From: Minisyncoccota bacterium
GTDB lineage: Bacteria > Patescibacteriota > Minisyncoccia > Phycocordibacterales > UBA9973
DNA length: 64,000 nt
Reading direction: 5' to 3'
NCBI GenBank assembly: GCA_031291825.1
Contig: JARLIG010000009.1
Span: 65,281-129,280 of the forward strand
Shown: positions 28,645-37,142 of the stretch, in pieces
Position numbering within the stretch: the first letter of the stretch is position 1
Layout: every line of letters begins with the position of its first letter
Translations under genes and position numbers: made by a program
The notes under the pieces: model-generated
What the model saw: only the letters and a program-made list of their open reading frames with translations
Database searches by the model: none
Told to the model about the DNA's origin: nothing

Positions 28645-28956
28645 CTATTTAATCTTGATTTTACCCCCTTTGATTCCGAGATTTTTCCTGATTGCAGAAT
28701 ATGATTCTATCTTTCCATCTTTCCCAGTCGCTTTAGCGATAGTTACGATATAAGGCTTGCGTACAGACTTGAATTGGTAACCGCGATTCTTCGGCAATTT
28801 CTTAATGATATCACGAAGTTCTGGACGACGCTTGTTACCAGCGCGAGCGGTCTGACCCTTGCCTCCGCGACCAGAAGTCTTGGCATGCTTGCCTCCACGG
28901 CCAACGATGCGGTCTTTCTTATTCTTATGAACTCTTTTTAAATTATGTATTTGCAT
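28645..28956 (-). CDS. rplO: 50S ribosomal protein L15
   Basis: Gly/Arg-rich GRGGKHAKTSGRGGKGQTARAG L15 pattern. Confidence 0.85.
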   Translation of the reverse strand: MQIHNLKRVHKNKKDRIVGRGGKHAKTSGRGGKGQTARAGNKRRPELRDIIKKLPKNRGYQFKSVRKPYIVTIAKATGKDGKIESYSAIRKNLGIKGGKIKIK

Positions 28957-29032
28957 TTAATTTAATTACGAATTATTAATTACGGATTACGAATTGAATT
29001 TTAATTTGAAATTCTTAATTCGTAATTTCTAA
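28957..29032. repeat. AT-rich intergenic palindrome built from AATTACGAATT / AATTCGTAATT units (rpsE|rplO spacer)
   Basis: The same AATTCGTAATT(CGTAATT) unit recurs in the rplR|rpsE spacer 29616-29646 and the rpmC|rpsQ spacer 34323-34355. Confidence 0.6.
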
Positions 29033-29614
29033 TTGCTCTCTTGGCACTTCTTTGTTATCAACCACCACAACTGGACTTTCAGCTGCAATCTTTGTGTATT
29101 TGGAAGAAATTTGGGAAAGTGCGGACATGACTGCCTTGGCATTGTTTAATTTATTTTTACTATTAGACAAGATCTTTCCAGTAATGTCTTTCATACCGGA
29201 AATCTTCACGATGTCACGGATAACCGAACCGGCGACAAGTCCACGTCCTTTGTTTGGTCGTAGTGAGATATGCGAACTAGAGAATTTTGCGGAAAGTTCG
29301 TGAGGAATAGACATCGTTTTGGTCAAATTTAGTCTAATCATATTTTTCTTGGCATTGCGAAGAGCTTTGTTGATAGCGAGCGCGGTGTCTCCAGCTTTTC
29401 CTAAACCTAAACCAACAGCCCCCTTTTTATCACCCGCGATAAGAGCAACACTGAAGGAAAATCTTCGTCCTCCAGCAACTACTCTAGTCACTCGGCGAAT
29501 GTTTAAAATCTTTTGGTCAAACTCTGGCTTGGAGCGTGGAAAAGATGAACCGCCTCTGCGATTATTGTTCTTTCTTCCACTGCCACTGTTTGAATTTTCT
29601 TTTGGTTTTTCCAT
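29015..29614 (-). CDS. rpsE: 30S ribosomal protein S5
   Basis: IRRVTRVVAGGRRFSFSVALIAGDKKGAVGLGLGKA canonical S5. Confidence 0.9.
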   Translation of the reverse strand: MEKPKENSNSGSGRKNNNRRGGSSFPRSKPEFDQKILNIRRVTRVVAGGRRFSFSVALIAGDKKGAVGLGLGKAGDTALAINKALRNAKKNMIRLNLTKTMSIPHELSAKFSSSHISLRPNKGRGLVAGSVIRDIVKISGMKDITGKILSNSKNKLNNAKAVMSALSQISSKYTKIAAESPVVVVDNKEVPREQLEITN

Positions 29615-29643
29615 GTTCTTAATTCGTAATTCGTAATTTTTAA

Positions 29644-29985
29644 TTAGAACTCCAATCCCCCAGCTCGCGCTTCATCAGCCACTAATTTTACACGGCCAGT
29701 ATATTTAAAACCATTTCGGTCAAAGACAACTTTCTTGATTTTGGCTTTCGTGGCATTTAGAGCAATCGCACGACCAACTTCTTTAGCTCTTTCAGTCTTA
29801 GTGCCTTTGGTTGTCTTCACATCACTGGCTTCAGCTAAAGTTTTACCCACCATGTCATTGATCAATTGCGCATAGATAAATTTATTAGAACGAAAAACCG
29901 TGAGTCTTGGACGTTCTGCAGTTCCCACAATCTTGGCTCGGATTTTTCTCTTTAGTCTTATTCTTTTGTCTTGTTTATTTTGCAT
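29644..29985 (-). CDS. rplR: 50S ribosomal protein L18
   Basis: [29 protein letters not shown]18 pattern; no L30 gene between rpsE and rplO. Confidence 0.85.
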   Translation of the reverse strand: MQNKQDKRIRLKRKIRAKIVGTAERPRLTVFRSNKFIYAQLINDMVGKTLAEASDVKTTKGTKTERAKEVGRAIALNATKAKIKKVVFDRNGFKYTGRVKLVADEARAGGLEF

Positions 29986-29998
29986 AATATTTTTTGTT

Positions 29999-30036
29999 TG
30001 AGACGTTGTACATCTTTTAGAGATGTCCAGCGTCTG
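29999..30036. repeat. REP-like palindrome of the GACGTTGGACATC family (rplF|rplR spacer)
   Basis: AGACGTTGTACATCT...AGATGTCCAGCGTCT. Related hairpins at 30594-30632, 33623-33668, 38634-38674 and 47841-47884. Confidence 0.55.
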
Positions 30037-30044
30037 GAAAATTT

Positions 30045-30578
30045 TTAGACAGTCTTCTTGCCTTGCTTACGTCTAATAACTTCGTCCTCATAACGCATAC
30101 CCTTTCCTTTATAAGGTTCTGGCTTTTTCAAAGCGCGGATGGCAGCTGTAAAACTTCCAACTAATTCTTTATCAATTCCGGAAATTGTGATGTTGTTTTT
30201 TTCAGCGGTAGCGGTGATGCCTTCTGGTATCTTTACGATGACTGGATGAGAAAATCCTAGAGCAAAATTAAAAACATTACCTTTGACTTCAGATTTAAAT
30301 CCGACACCTTCTAAAATTAATTTTTTCTGATAAGGCGTCTCAACTCCTTTAATCATATTTTTGATATGGGAAGCATAAGTACCCCAAAGAGACTTGGAAA
30401 ATTTATCGTTTCTCTTTATGTTTAAAGTAATCATCTTGTCAGCCACAGTGATAGCGATATCGTCTCGGAAAACTCTAGTGAGAGTTCCTTTTGGACCAAC
30501 CACTGTTAAAGAATTGCCACTTTGGGTGACCTTCACTCCTCCCGGTATTAAAATTTCTTGTTTTCCTATTCTTGACAT
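30045..30578 (-). CDS. rplF: 50S ribosomal protein L6
   Basis: [17 protein letters not shown]... two-domain L6. Confidence 0.9.
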   Translation of the reverse strand: MSRIGKQEILIPGGVKVTQSGNSLTVVGPKGTLTRVFRDDIAITVADKMITLNIKRNDKFSKSLWGTYASHIKNMIKGVETPYQKKLILEGVGFKSEVKGNVFNFALGFSHPVIVKIPEGITATAEKNNITISGIDKELVGSFTAAIRALKKPEPYKGKGMRYEDEVIRRKQGKKTV

Positions 30579-30593
30579 AAATTTTTATTATTC

Positions 30594-30632
30594 CAGACGT
30601 TGGACACCCGTTCTGCGGATGTCCAACGTCTA
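30594..30632. repeat. REP-like perfect palindrome CAGACGTTGGACA-loop-TGTCCAACGTCT (rpsH|rplF spacer)
   Basis: 12-13-bp perfect stem. Confidence 0.6.
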
Positions 30633-30637
30633 TTGTT

Positions 30638-31024
30638 CTACCATACCCTAAACAACGCCTCGCCCCCAACTTGTTCTTTGCGAGCCACCTTACCTGATAA
30701 AATTCCTTTTGGTGTTGAAAGTACAAGTAAACCAGTGCCATTGCGGACAGAGTGAATATCTTTCATACCATAATAAACTCGGCGTGATTGCTTGGAGATT
30801 CTTTCAACTTCAGTTATTTTTGGCTTTTTGTCTGCATAAACCAATTTTACTTCCAAAACAGGAATACCCTTTTTTACTTTCTTGGTAACTTCAGAAAGGT
30901 AGCCTTCCTTTTTCAAACATTCACCAATAGCCAGCTTCATTTTTGAATATGGAAAACTCACAGACTCAAGACCTGCGAGACTACCGTTCTTCATTATTAT
31001 TATCATGTTTGAAATTGAATCCAT
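30638..31024 (-). CDS. rpsH: 30S ribosomal protein S8
   Basis: ISNMIIIMKNG...GECLKKEGYL S8 pattern. Confidence 0.85.
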   Translation of the reverse strand: MDSISNMIIIMKNGSLAGLESVSFPYSKMKLAIGECLKKEGYLSEVTKKVKKGIPVLEVKLVYADKKPKITEVERISKQSRRVYYGMKDIHSVRNGTGLLVLSTPKGILSGKVARKEQVGGEALFRVW

Positions 31025-31029
31025 AAAAT

Positions 31030-31215
31030 TTACCAGCTTGATTTACGAACACCCGGAAGCATTCCTTCATTTGCTAATTCTCGAAAACAAATACGGCAAA
31101 TACCAAAGTCACGCATAAAAGCGTTGCCTCTTCCGCAACGAAAACATCGATTTTTCTGTCGAGTAGAAAATTTTGGTGTCTTTAAAGCTCTTGCTTTGAC
31201 TGATGTTTTTGCCAT
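31030..31215 (-). CDS. rpsZ: 30S ribosomal protein S14 type Z (zinc-binding)
   Basis: 61 aa with [23 protein letters not shown] zinc ribbon. Confidence 0.85.
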   Translation of the reverse strand: MAKTSVKARALKTPKFSTRQKNRCFRCGRGNAFMRDFGICRICFRELANEGMLPGVRKSSW

Positions 31216-31437
31216 CCCATTAAAAAAATTAAAATAATAAACTTACTGCTTCTTACAAGTCCACTGATTTTCTAACGGGACAAGTAAATAATTACTGGGA
31301 TTGCTTCGTTAATATCTCACTTTTTTTCTTTAAGTCTTTAAAAGTAAAGATTCAAAGGAGAAAAATGGATTAATCAAAGCCCTATTCCCTTGCGTAGAAT
31401 ACTAGCAGATTAAAAACAATTAGTCAAACATATGTAC

Positions 31438-31989
31438 TTATTTACATATATAAGCTGGAGTAGAAATTTTCCATGCCCAACTAGAGAAAGATGTACCACA
31501 CTGAGTAACGGCACCACCCTCCCTGGCGGGGTCAATAAAAGTAGGATATTGGGCATACATGGAATTAGTCCAGCCAACATCCGAGATGGCGAGATCTAGA
31601 AGAGCATAATCGGTGCCATTAGATTTATAGAGATAACAACTAGTACTATTAGTTGCGTTCATAGTAGGGTCAGCGGGAAAAGTAGGCATATACGTAGAAA
31701 CAAGACCTGGAATAACTGCATTAGCAGCAAAACTACCCCAAGAAGCACATTGACTTTGCGAAGCCCCCCCAGTTGTTGGATATACTCCATAGTCATCATA
31801 GTAATTTTCTAACGCTGTTTGAATTTCTCTCATATCAGACAATCTTCTTGCGATGTTGGCCTTGAGACGTGCAGCATTGACACTAGATAAAACAATCGTG
31901 GAAAGTAGCCCAATAATGGCAACCACCACCAAAAGTTCAATTAAAGTGAAACCTCGATGAGTATTTTTATATGCTTTTAATAACTTCAT
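31438..31989 (-). CDS. type IV pilin (prepilin with class III signal peptide)
   Basis: MKLLKAYKNTHRG|FTLIELLVVVAIIGLLSTIV: leader ending in Gly, Phe+1, Glu+5, hydrophobic N-terminal helix; start chosen at the internal Met of the longer ORF. Confidence 0.7.
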   Translation of the reverse strand: MKLLKAYKNTHRGFTLIELLVVVAIIGLLSTIVLSSVNAARLKANIARRLSDMREIQTALENYYDDYGVYPTTGGASQSQCASWGSFAANAVIPGLVSTYMPTFPADPTMNATNSTSCYLYKSNGTDYALLDLAISDVGWTNSMYAQYPTFIDPAREGGAVTQCGTSFSSWAWKISTPAYICK

Positions 31990-31990
31990 C

Positions 31991-32251
31991 TTAATGAGGA
32001 TAGGTTGGGTTATTTTGATTAGTCGACTGTACGTTATTTGACACATCAAAGTGAATAAATAAAACAATAGAAACGACGACAATTAATATTATAAGTCCAA
32101 ATAAAATCCATTCTGCTTTTCGTGGGTCTTTTACTAATCCACCTGAATTTTTCATAATAAATAATATCACTGCAGGGGCAGCTGTCTCATCGTACAGTTT
32201 AATGGCTTTATATTTTTTAGTATTATTGGGAATTGGTGGTTGGTCACTCAT
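31991..32251 (-). CDS. small C-terminally membrane-anchored protein, MSDQPPIPNN family (paralog 2)
   Basis: 86 aa; identical N-terminus MSDQPPIPNN and homologous C-terminal TM region (AEWILFGLIILIVVVSIVLFIHF) to 32313-32726; stop is 1 nt from the pilin ATG. Confidence 0.5.
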   Translation of the reverse strand: MSDQPPIPNNTKKYKAIKLYDETAAPAVILFIMKNSGGLVKDPRKAEWILFGLIILIVVVSIVLFIHFDVSNNVQSTNQNNPTYPH

Positions 32252-32312
32252 GGTTATATTATATCTAAAATTATTTTAATGACAAGCACTAGAAGTATAA
32301 AATTTGCAATTA

Positions 32313-32726
32313 TTACGGAAAGGTTGAGTCAATTTTACTAGTTGGTGGTACAGGATTTGGGAGATTGAAGTGAATAAATAAAAACACAGAAAAAGCAACC
32401 ATTAATATTACAAACCCTAAGAGTATCGATTCTGCTTGTCTTTGAGTTTTAACTGCGCCTCTGGATAATTTCATAACCATTTTAACCATTCCTGGAGTAG
32501 CTTTTTCTTGATAAGCTGAGATAGCAGCTTGAGCGGATGTCGCCGTTAAAATATCAGTGTCAAAGCTGACTCCATCTATATCATTTTTTCTTGGAATTTC
32601 TGGAATTTTTGTAGTTGAAGCAGAAACTGCTTGTAAAGATTGTCCAGTGTGATATTTACTAGCTTCAAATTCTTTAAGAGCTGCGTCTATTTCAGCGTTA
32701 TTAGGAATAGGTGGTTGATCACTCAT
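32313..32726 (-). CDS. small C-terminally membrane-anchored protein, MSDQPPIPNN family (paralog 1)
   Basis: 137 aa; AESILLGFVILMVAFSVFLFIHF C-terminal TM; upstream region duplicated with paralog 2 (TGCTTGTCATTA...TATAAT-N6-ATG). Confidence 0.5.
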   Translation of the reverse strand: MSDQPPIPNNAEIDAALKEFEASKYHTGQSLQAVSASTTKIPEIPRKNDIDGVSFDTDILTATSAQAAISAYQEKATPGMVKMVMKLSRGAVKTQRQAESILLGFVILMVAFSVFLFIHFNLPNPVPPTSKIDSTFP

Positions 32727-32775
32727 GATTCTATTATAAAGAAAATATATATAATGACAAGCAAAAATACCCCCA
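32727..32775 (-). promoter_or_regulatory. sigma70-like promoter TTGTCA-N16-TATAAT with the -10 ending 6 nt before the ATG (leaderless-type); duplicated at 32252-32300
   Basis: Gene-sense TGCTTGTCATTATATATATTTTCTTTATAATAGAATCATG and, for paralog 2, TGCTTGTCATTAAAATAATTTTAGATATAATATAACCATG. Confidence 0.5.
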
Positions 32776-32815
32776 AAGTAGGGAGTATTTTGAGTTTTAA
32801 TTATTTATTTAAGGC

Positions 32816-33385
32816 TTATTTTTTCTTTTCTTCTCCTTTTTTAAAAGGAACTCCGAGAATTTCAAAAAATGTTGTACCTTCTTTTTTGTTTTTAGCAGTT
32901 GAAACTAAGGTAATAGACATACCGAAAACATCGCGGATGTCCTCATCAGCTGTTTCTGGAAAAATTGTATGCTCTTTTATGCCAATAGTCAGATTGCCGA
33001 TATTATCGACAGCTGTGCGATTAATGCCTCGGAAGTCTTTGGTTCGAGGTAAGGCAACATTTACTAATTTTTCAATAAAAGCGTACATTCTCTTGCCACG
33101 CAATGTGACAACAATACCGACAGGGTCCCCTTGGCGAATCTTGAAGGATGAAATGGATTGCTTGGCACCTCGCAAAGCACCTTTTTGTCCAGTAATTTTT
33201 GCCAAACGGTCTGCAATAGCGTCATTCTTGTTTTTGTCTTTCTTCATCTGTGTGCCAGTGCCACTGTTAACCACTACTTTTTTTAGTCGTGGAGCTGCCA
33301 TCGCATTTTTGAAATGAAAAACTTCTTTCATCTTTGGAAATGCTTCTGTTTCTTTTTCTTTAATTGTTTTATGTGTTGTTGCCAT
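32816..33385 (-). CDS. rplE: 50S ribosomal protein L5
   Basis: Canonical L5 length and motifs (RLKKVVVNSGTG...). Confidence 0.9.
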   Translation of the reverse strand: MATTHKTIKEKETEAFPKMKEVFHFKNAMAAPRLKKVVVNSGTGTQMKKDKNKNDAIADRLAKITGQKGALRGAKQSISSFKIRQGDPVGIVVTLRGKRMYAFIEKLVNVALPRTKDFRGINRTAVDNIGNLTIGIKEHTIFPETADEDIRDVFGMSITLVSTAKNKKEGTTFFEILGVPFKKGEEKKK

Positions 33386-33390
33386 AATAT

Positions 33391-33609
33391 TTAATCTACC
33401 TTTTTAACATTGGAAACGTTGATTGGCATAGCTACACTCACCATTGTTCCCTTTTCTCCAGACTTTCTAGGGCGCTGATGTTTCTTCATCATGTTTAAAC
33501 CATCAATGATAACTTTGTTTTCTTTTACCAAAGCACGAACAACCTTGCCAGACTTTCCTTTGTCCTTACCGGTAATAACTTTTACATTGTCTCCTTTTTT
33601 TATTTTCAT
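33391..33609 (-). CDS. rplX: 50S ribosomal protein L24
   Basis: MKIKKGDNVKVITGKDKGKSGKV KOW motif. Confidence 0.8.
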   Translation of the reverse strand: MKIKKGDNVKVITGKDKGKSGKVVRALVKENKVIIDGLNMMKKHQRPRKSGEKGTMVSVAMPINVSNVKKVD

Positions 33610-33622
33610 ATACTTTGTTTTA

Positions 33623-33668
33623 TTCCAGATGTCGGTATTCTGCTTTAGCAGAAGCCTGACATCTGGAA
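33623..33668. repeat. REP-like long palindrome TTCCAGATGTCGG...CCTGACATCTGGAA (rplN|rplX spacer)
   Basis: ~14-bp outer stem plus inner palindrome TTCTGCTTTAGCAGAA. Confidence 0.55.
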
Positions 33669-33676
33669 TTAATTTT

Positions 33677-34048
33677 TTAAATCACTTCCTGCGCCAAAGA
33701 AATTATCTTTTGGAAACCCTTCTCCGCCAACTCTCTTGGTATTGGTCCGAAAACACGACCTGCCTTAGGGTCTTTCTTGCCTTTTTCTAAAATAACTACT
33801 GCGTTGTCATCAAAGCGGATATAGGAACCATCCTTTCGGCGATAAGCACCACGTGTGCGGACGACGACAGCTTGATGCACGTCTTTCTTTTTAACTGCTT
33901 TTCTGGGACTAGCTACTTTGACAGAAATGATGACCAACTCACCGAGTGTAGCATATCTCTTTTTAGAAGAGCCCAAAATCTTGAACACCTTTCCTACGGT
34001 GCCTCCGGCATTGTCTGTTATTTTTACTAAGGTTTCATTTTGAATCAT
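33677..34048 (-). CDS. rplN: 50S ribosomal protein L14
   Basis: MIQNETLVKITDNAG...canonical L14. Confidence 0.9.
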   Translation of the reverse strand: MIQNETLVKITDNAGGTVGKVFKILGSSKKRYATLGELVIISVKVASPRKAVKKKDVHQAVVVRTRGAYRRKDGSYIRFDDNAVVILEKGKKDPKAGRVFGPIPRELAEKGFQKIISLAQEVI

Positions 34049-34052
34049 AAAT

Positions 34053-34322
34053 TTATTCTTTGGAAATTACTTTAAATCTCTTATCTTTAGAAATTGGTTT
34101 GGTTTCGACAATTTCTACGGTATCCCCTATTTTATAAACATTCCCTTCGTCATGCGCCTTGTATTTCTTGCTGACTTTATAAAACTTTCCATAAAGTGGG
34201 TGCTTCACAAACCTGGAAACCGACACGACGACAGTCTTGTCCATCTTGTCTGAAGTGACTACCCCCTTTAAGGTTTTTCCTTTGACCTCTTCGGTATTCT
34301 CTTTTTTTATTTTTGTTTTCAT
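34053..34322 (-). CDS. rpsQ: 30S ribosomal protein S17
   Basis: [18 protein letters not shown]...[16 protein letters not shown]17 OB fold. Confidence 0.85.
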   Translation of the reverse strand: MKTKIKKENTEEVKGKTLKGVVTSDKMDKTVVVSVSRFVKHPLYGKFYKVSKKYKAHDEGNVYKIGDTVEIVETKPISKDKRFKVISKE

Positions 34323-34353
34323 AAATTCGTAATTCGTAATTTTTAATCCGTAA

Positions 34354-34548
34354 TTATTTTTTATTTAATTCGGTCATTGCTCTGGCAATTTGTTTTTTTA
34401 AAATGGTGGACTCTTTTACATTCTTTGATCTTGAACCTTCCGCTTTAAAATGAATCACACGCAAAGCTTCCCTTAAGGACACTAATTCCTTTTTGAGTTC
34501 TGCCTCTTTCATCTCTTTAAAATTTACTTTGGTATTTTTCTTTGCCAT
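34354..34548 (-). CDS. rpmC: 50S ribosomal protein L29
   Basis: 64 aa, [18 protein letters not shown]29 pattern. Confidence 0.8.
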   Translation of the reverse strand: MAKKNTKVNFKEMKEAELKKELVSLREALRVIHFKAEGSRSKNVKESTILKKQIARAMTELNKK

Positions 34549-34559
34549 ATATTTAAATA

Positions 34560-34988
34560 TTATTGCTTATGCGCTCGGGAAATAATTCTGGTCTTAAGTG
34601 GAAGCTTGGTTCCAGCTTTGCGTAATGCCTCACGAGCAACTTTTTCTTCCGCTCCATCAACTTCAAAAATAATTCTACCTGGTAAAACATCAAAACAATA
34701 TCCTTGTGGGTCACCCTTACCCTTTCCCATGCCTACCTCAGCCGCTTTAGCTGTATAAGGACGGTCTGGAAAAACACGAATCCAATATTTTCCAGTTTTA
34801 GTTAAGGTTCGAGAAATAACTTTTCGAGCAGCTTCAAGTTGGTTTGATTTTACGCGTGATTGAGATTCAGACTTCAAGCCGAAAGAACCGAAGGCAAGCT
34901 TGGTGCCACGAGTATCTGGATTTCGAGACTTGGGATTATTGCGTCCAGTCTGCCACTTTCTAAATTTTACTTTTTTCGGTACTAACAT
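34560..34988 (-). CDS. rplP: 50S ribosomal protein L16
   Basis: MLVPKKVKFRKWQTGR...canonical L16. Confidence 0.9.
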   Translation of the reverse strand: MLVPKKVKFRKWQTGRNNPKSRNPDTRGTKLAFGSFGLKSESQSRVKSNQLEAARKVISRTLTKTGKYWIRVFPDRPYTAKAAEVGMGKGKGDPQGYCFDVLPGRIIFEVDGAEEKVAREALRKAGTKLPLKTRIISRAHKQ

Positions 34989-34991
34989 AAA

Positions 34992-35717
34992 TTAATCCGT
35001 CTTTTGTTTACTTTCTAATGAATTTTTTTCTCCGCCCTCTAAAGAAGCACGAGTTGGTTTTTTATCAGCAAAAATTTTACCACGATAAATCCAGACTTTG
35101 ATACCGACGACTCCATAAGAAAGGGTTGCTCGTTCACGCTTGAAATCGATGTCCGCGCGGAAAGACTGAAGTGGAACACTTCCTCGCTTAAGTTCTTCCG
35201 TACGAGCAATTTCAGCTCCACCTAAACGTCCACCCAATACGATTCTCGCACCCTCTACGCCATGCGCTTGCATAACTTTTTCGATGATTTGTTTAATGAC
35301 TCGACGATAAGGCATTCTTTTCTCTAATCCTTCAGCGATCATGTAAGCGACAATCGCAGCATCAGCTTCAGGGTTGGTGATTTCTACGATTTCTAGCTTA
35401 AAATCTTCAGGCTTTGGAAGTCCAAGCTTGTCCATCTTTTTTAAGATATCTTCTTTAAGTTTGGTTGCGCCTTCGCCGTTTCTACCGATAATCAAACCTG
35501 GACGAGAAGTCTTAATAATGAAACGAGTAGCTTTTCGGCTTCTCTCAATTTCAATTGTAGACACATACATCCCGCGTAATTTTTTAGTTAAATATTCACG
35601 AATCAAAACATCACCTTTTAAGTAAGCGACATATTTTTTAGGGTCGGCAAACCAACGAGACTTCCAGTCTCTTAATATAATCAATCTATGCGCATATGGG
35701 TGAACTATTTTTGACAT
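34992..35717 (-). CDS. rpsC: 30S ribosomal protein S3
   Basis: KH domain and S3-C domain (GRLGGAEIARTE). Confidence 0.9.
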   Translation of the reverse strand: MSKIVHPYAHRLIILRDWKSRWFADPKKYVAYLKGDVLIREYLTKKLRGMYVSTIEIERSRKATRFIIKTSRPGLIIGRNGEGATKLKEDILKKMDKLGLPKPEDFKLEIVEITNPEADAAIVAYMIAEGLEKRMPYRRVIKQIIEKVMQAHGVEGARIVLGGRLGGAEIARTEELKRGSVPLQSFRADIDFKRERATLSYGVVGIKVWIYRGKIFADKKPTRASLEGGEKNSLESKQKTD

Positions 35718-35718
35718 T

Positions 35719-36120
35719 TTATTTTTTTGCTACTTTTTTAACTACTACTTTTGCCTTTTTAACATCTTTAACTTCTTTGGTCTTTTTCACAGCAACAACT
35801 TTCTCCGCCAAGAGAAGGTTGATGTGACTGGTGCGTTTATTAATACGGTGCCCAGTTCCCATGGCAGCCGGCATCATTCTCTTCATTACAATACCTTTAT
35901 CTACTCGCAATTCTTTGATAAATAAATTTTCACTTTCAATTCCCATTTGTTTAGCATTGGCAACAGCAGAAAGTAAAAGTTTCTTGATCGGTAATCCAGC
36001 ACGCTTCGCCAAAAAATCTAGCTCCGCCACAGCTTGAGCTACACCTTTTCCCTTAATGAGTCCCGCCACAAGGCGAACCTTTCTAGGTGATTGTCTGTAA
36101 TTTTTTAAAAATGCTTTCAT
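35719..36120 (-). CDS. rplV: 50S ribosomal protein L22
   Basis: AFLKNYRQSPRKVRLVAGLIKGK L22 pattern. Confidence 0.85.
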   Translation of the reverse strand: MKAFLKNYRQSPRKVRLVAGLIKGKGVAQAVAELDFLAKRAGLPIKKLLLSAVANAKQMGIESENLFIKELRVDKGIVMKRMMPAAMGTGHRINKRTSHINLLLAEKVVAVKKTKEVKDVKKAKVVVKKVAKK

Positions 36121-36152
36121 GATAATTAATTATTTATAGTGAGTATATAGAA

Positions 36153-36500
36153 CTATTTTTTCTTAGCATCGTCAGCGGCTGCAGTCGCACCTTTGGCGGC
36201 GGTTATTTCTGCTTCCTTTTTCTTCTGTTCGAGTTCTTTCTGCATCTTTCCTCCGTGCTTGATAAATTTCTTAGTTGGAGAAAATTCACCCAATCGGTGG
36301 CCCACCATATCTTCGGTGACTAAAACTTCGATGTGAACCTTGCCGTTATAAACGCCAAAAGTAAAACCGAGCATTTCTGGAGAAATAACAGCAGCTCTTT
36401 TCCAAGTCTTTACCATAGGAGTATTGAGCGGGTTTTTACCAGCAATCTTTGATAAGAGCCTCTCGTCAACGTTTAATCCTTTTTTAATACTTCGTGTCAT
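36153..36500 (-). CDS. rpsS: 30S ribosomal protein S19 (with Lys/Ala-rich C-terminal extension)
   Basis: MTRSIKKGLNVDERLLSKI...GHRLGEFSPTKKF canonical S19 core. Confidence 0.85.
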   Translation of the reverse strand: MTRSIKKGLNVDERLLSKIAGKNPLNTPMVKTWKRAAVISPEMLGFTFGVYNGKVHIEVLVTEDMVGHRLGEFSPTKKFIKHGGKMQKELEQKKKEAEITAAKGATAAADDAKKK

Positions 36501-36525
36501 AATAAAAAGCTCCTAACGAGCTTGG

Positions 36526-36557
36526 ATTTATACTAACAAATAAGGAAAAATTGTCAA
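36526..36557 (-). promoter_or_regulatory. strong sigma70-type promoter (TTGACA...TATAAAT) plus SD AGGAG driving rpsS immediately downstream of the island
   Basis: Gene-sense GTTGACAATTTTTCCTTATTTGTTAGTATAAATCCAAGCTCGTTAGGAGCTTTTTATTATG. Confidence 0.5.
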
Positions 36558-36629
36558 CTAGATTTTTAAAAACCATTATGTTAAAAAGCTCAAATCAAAA
36601 AACTACTTTTTTGGTTTAAATAAAAATAC

Positions 36630-36657
36630 GGGACTAGCAAAATTAGCTGCTAGTCCC
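36630..36657 (-). terminator. intrinsic terminator GGGACTAGCAGCTAATTTTGCTAGTCCC plus U-run (minus strand)
   Basis: Perfect 8-bp stem followed by GTATTTTTATTT in gene sense; preceded by a second GC-rich hairpin at ~36790-36830. Confidence 0.55.
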
Positions 36658-36844
36658 GTTGCTTTGGATGTGTAGAAGGATTCTCAGTTCTTCTACCGCA
36701 TGAGATAGCTCTACGGTGGAGACCAATCCAAAAGAACTATCCTGCTCGAAATATAGTATACAGAAAAAAATAAAGCAAATAAAAATCGCCCAGAAATACT
36801 GATGGCCGGCTCCGCGTGTTACGCGAAACCGGCCGTGTTGATGG

Positions 36845-37093
36845 TTACTTTTTGGTTCCTGCGATAACGCACAGGACCCCGAATCCAATCCCTATTGTCG
36901 CGATAATTCCGCGCGAAAGTAAGAGTTGCGTGCCAACGTGATGGTCAGGTCCCATCTGAATGAATACGTCGGCGAAGTGTGTGCCGGCGATGAGCGAGAC
37001 GATTCCAACGTACGGGCAAACTTTGTCCCAAACCCTATCCCAAAAATCGGTCTGGTTCTCGTTGGCGTTTTCGTCCAAAAATTCAAGAGGCAT
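36845..37093 (-). CDS. island sORF g6: small two-TM membrane protein (82 aa)
   Basis: SD GGAG 8 nt before ATG (ACGGAGAACAAGATG); MPLEFLDENANENQTDFWDRVWDKVCPYVGIVSLIAGTHF...GIIATIGIGFGVLCVIAGTKK. Confidence 0.35.
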   Translation of the reverse strand: MPLEFLDENANENQTDFWDRVWDKVCPYVGIVSLIAGTHFADVFIQMGPDHHVGTQLLLSRGIIATIGIGFGVLCVIAGTKK

Positions 37094-37142
37094 CTTGTTC
37101 TCCGTGTTTCTCGCGCACATCTGTACGCGTGTTGATTGCCGG

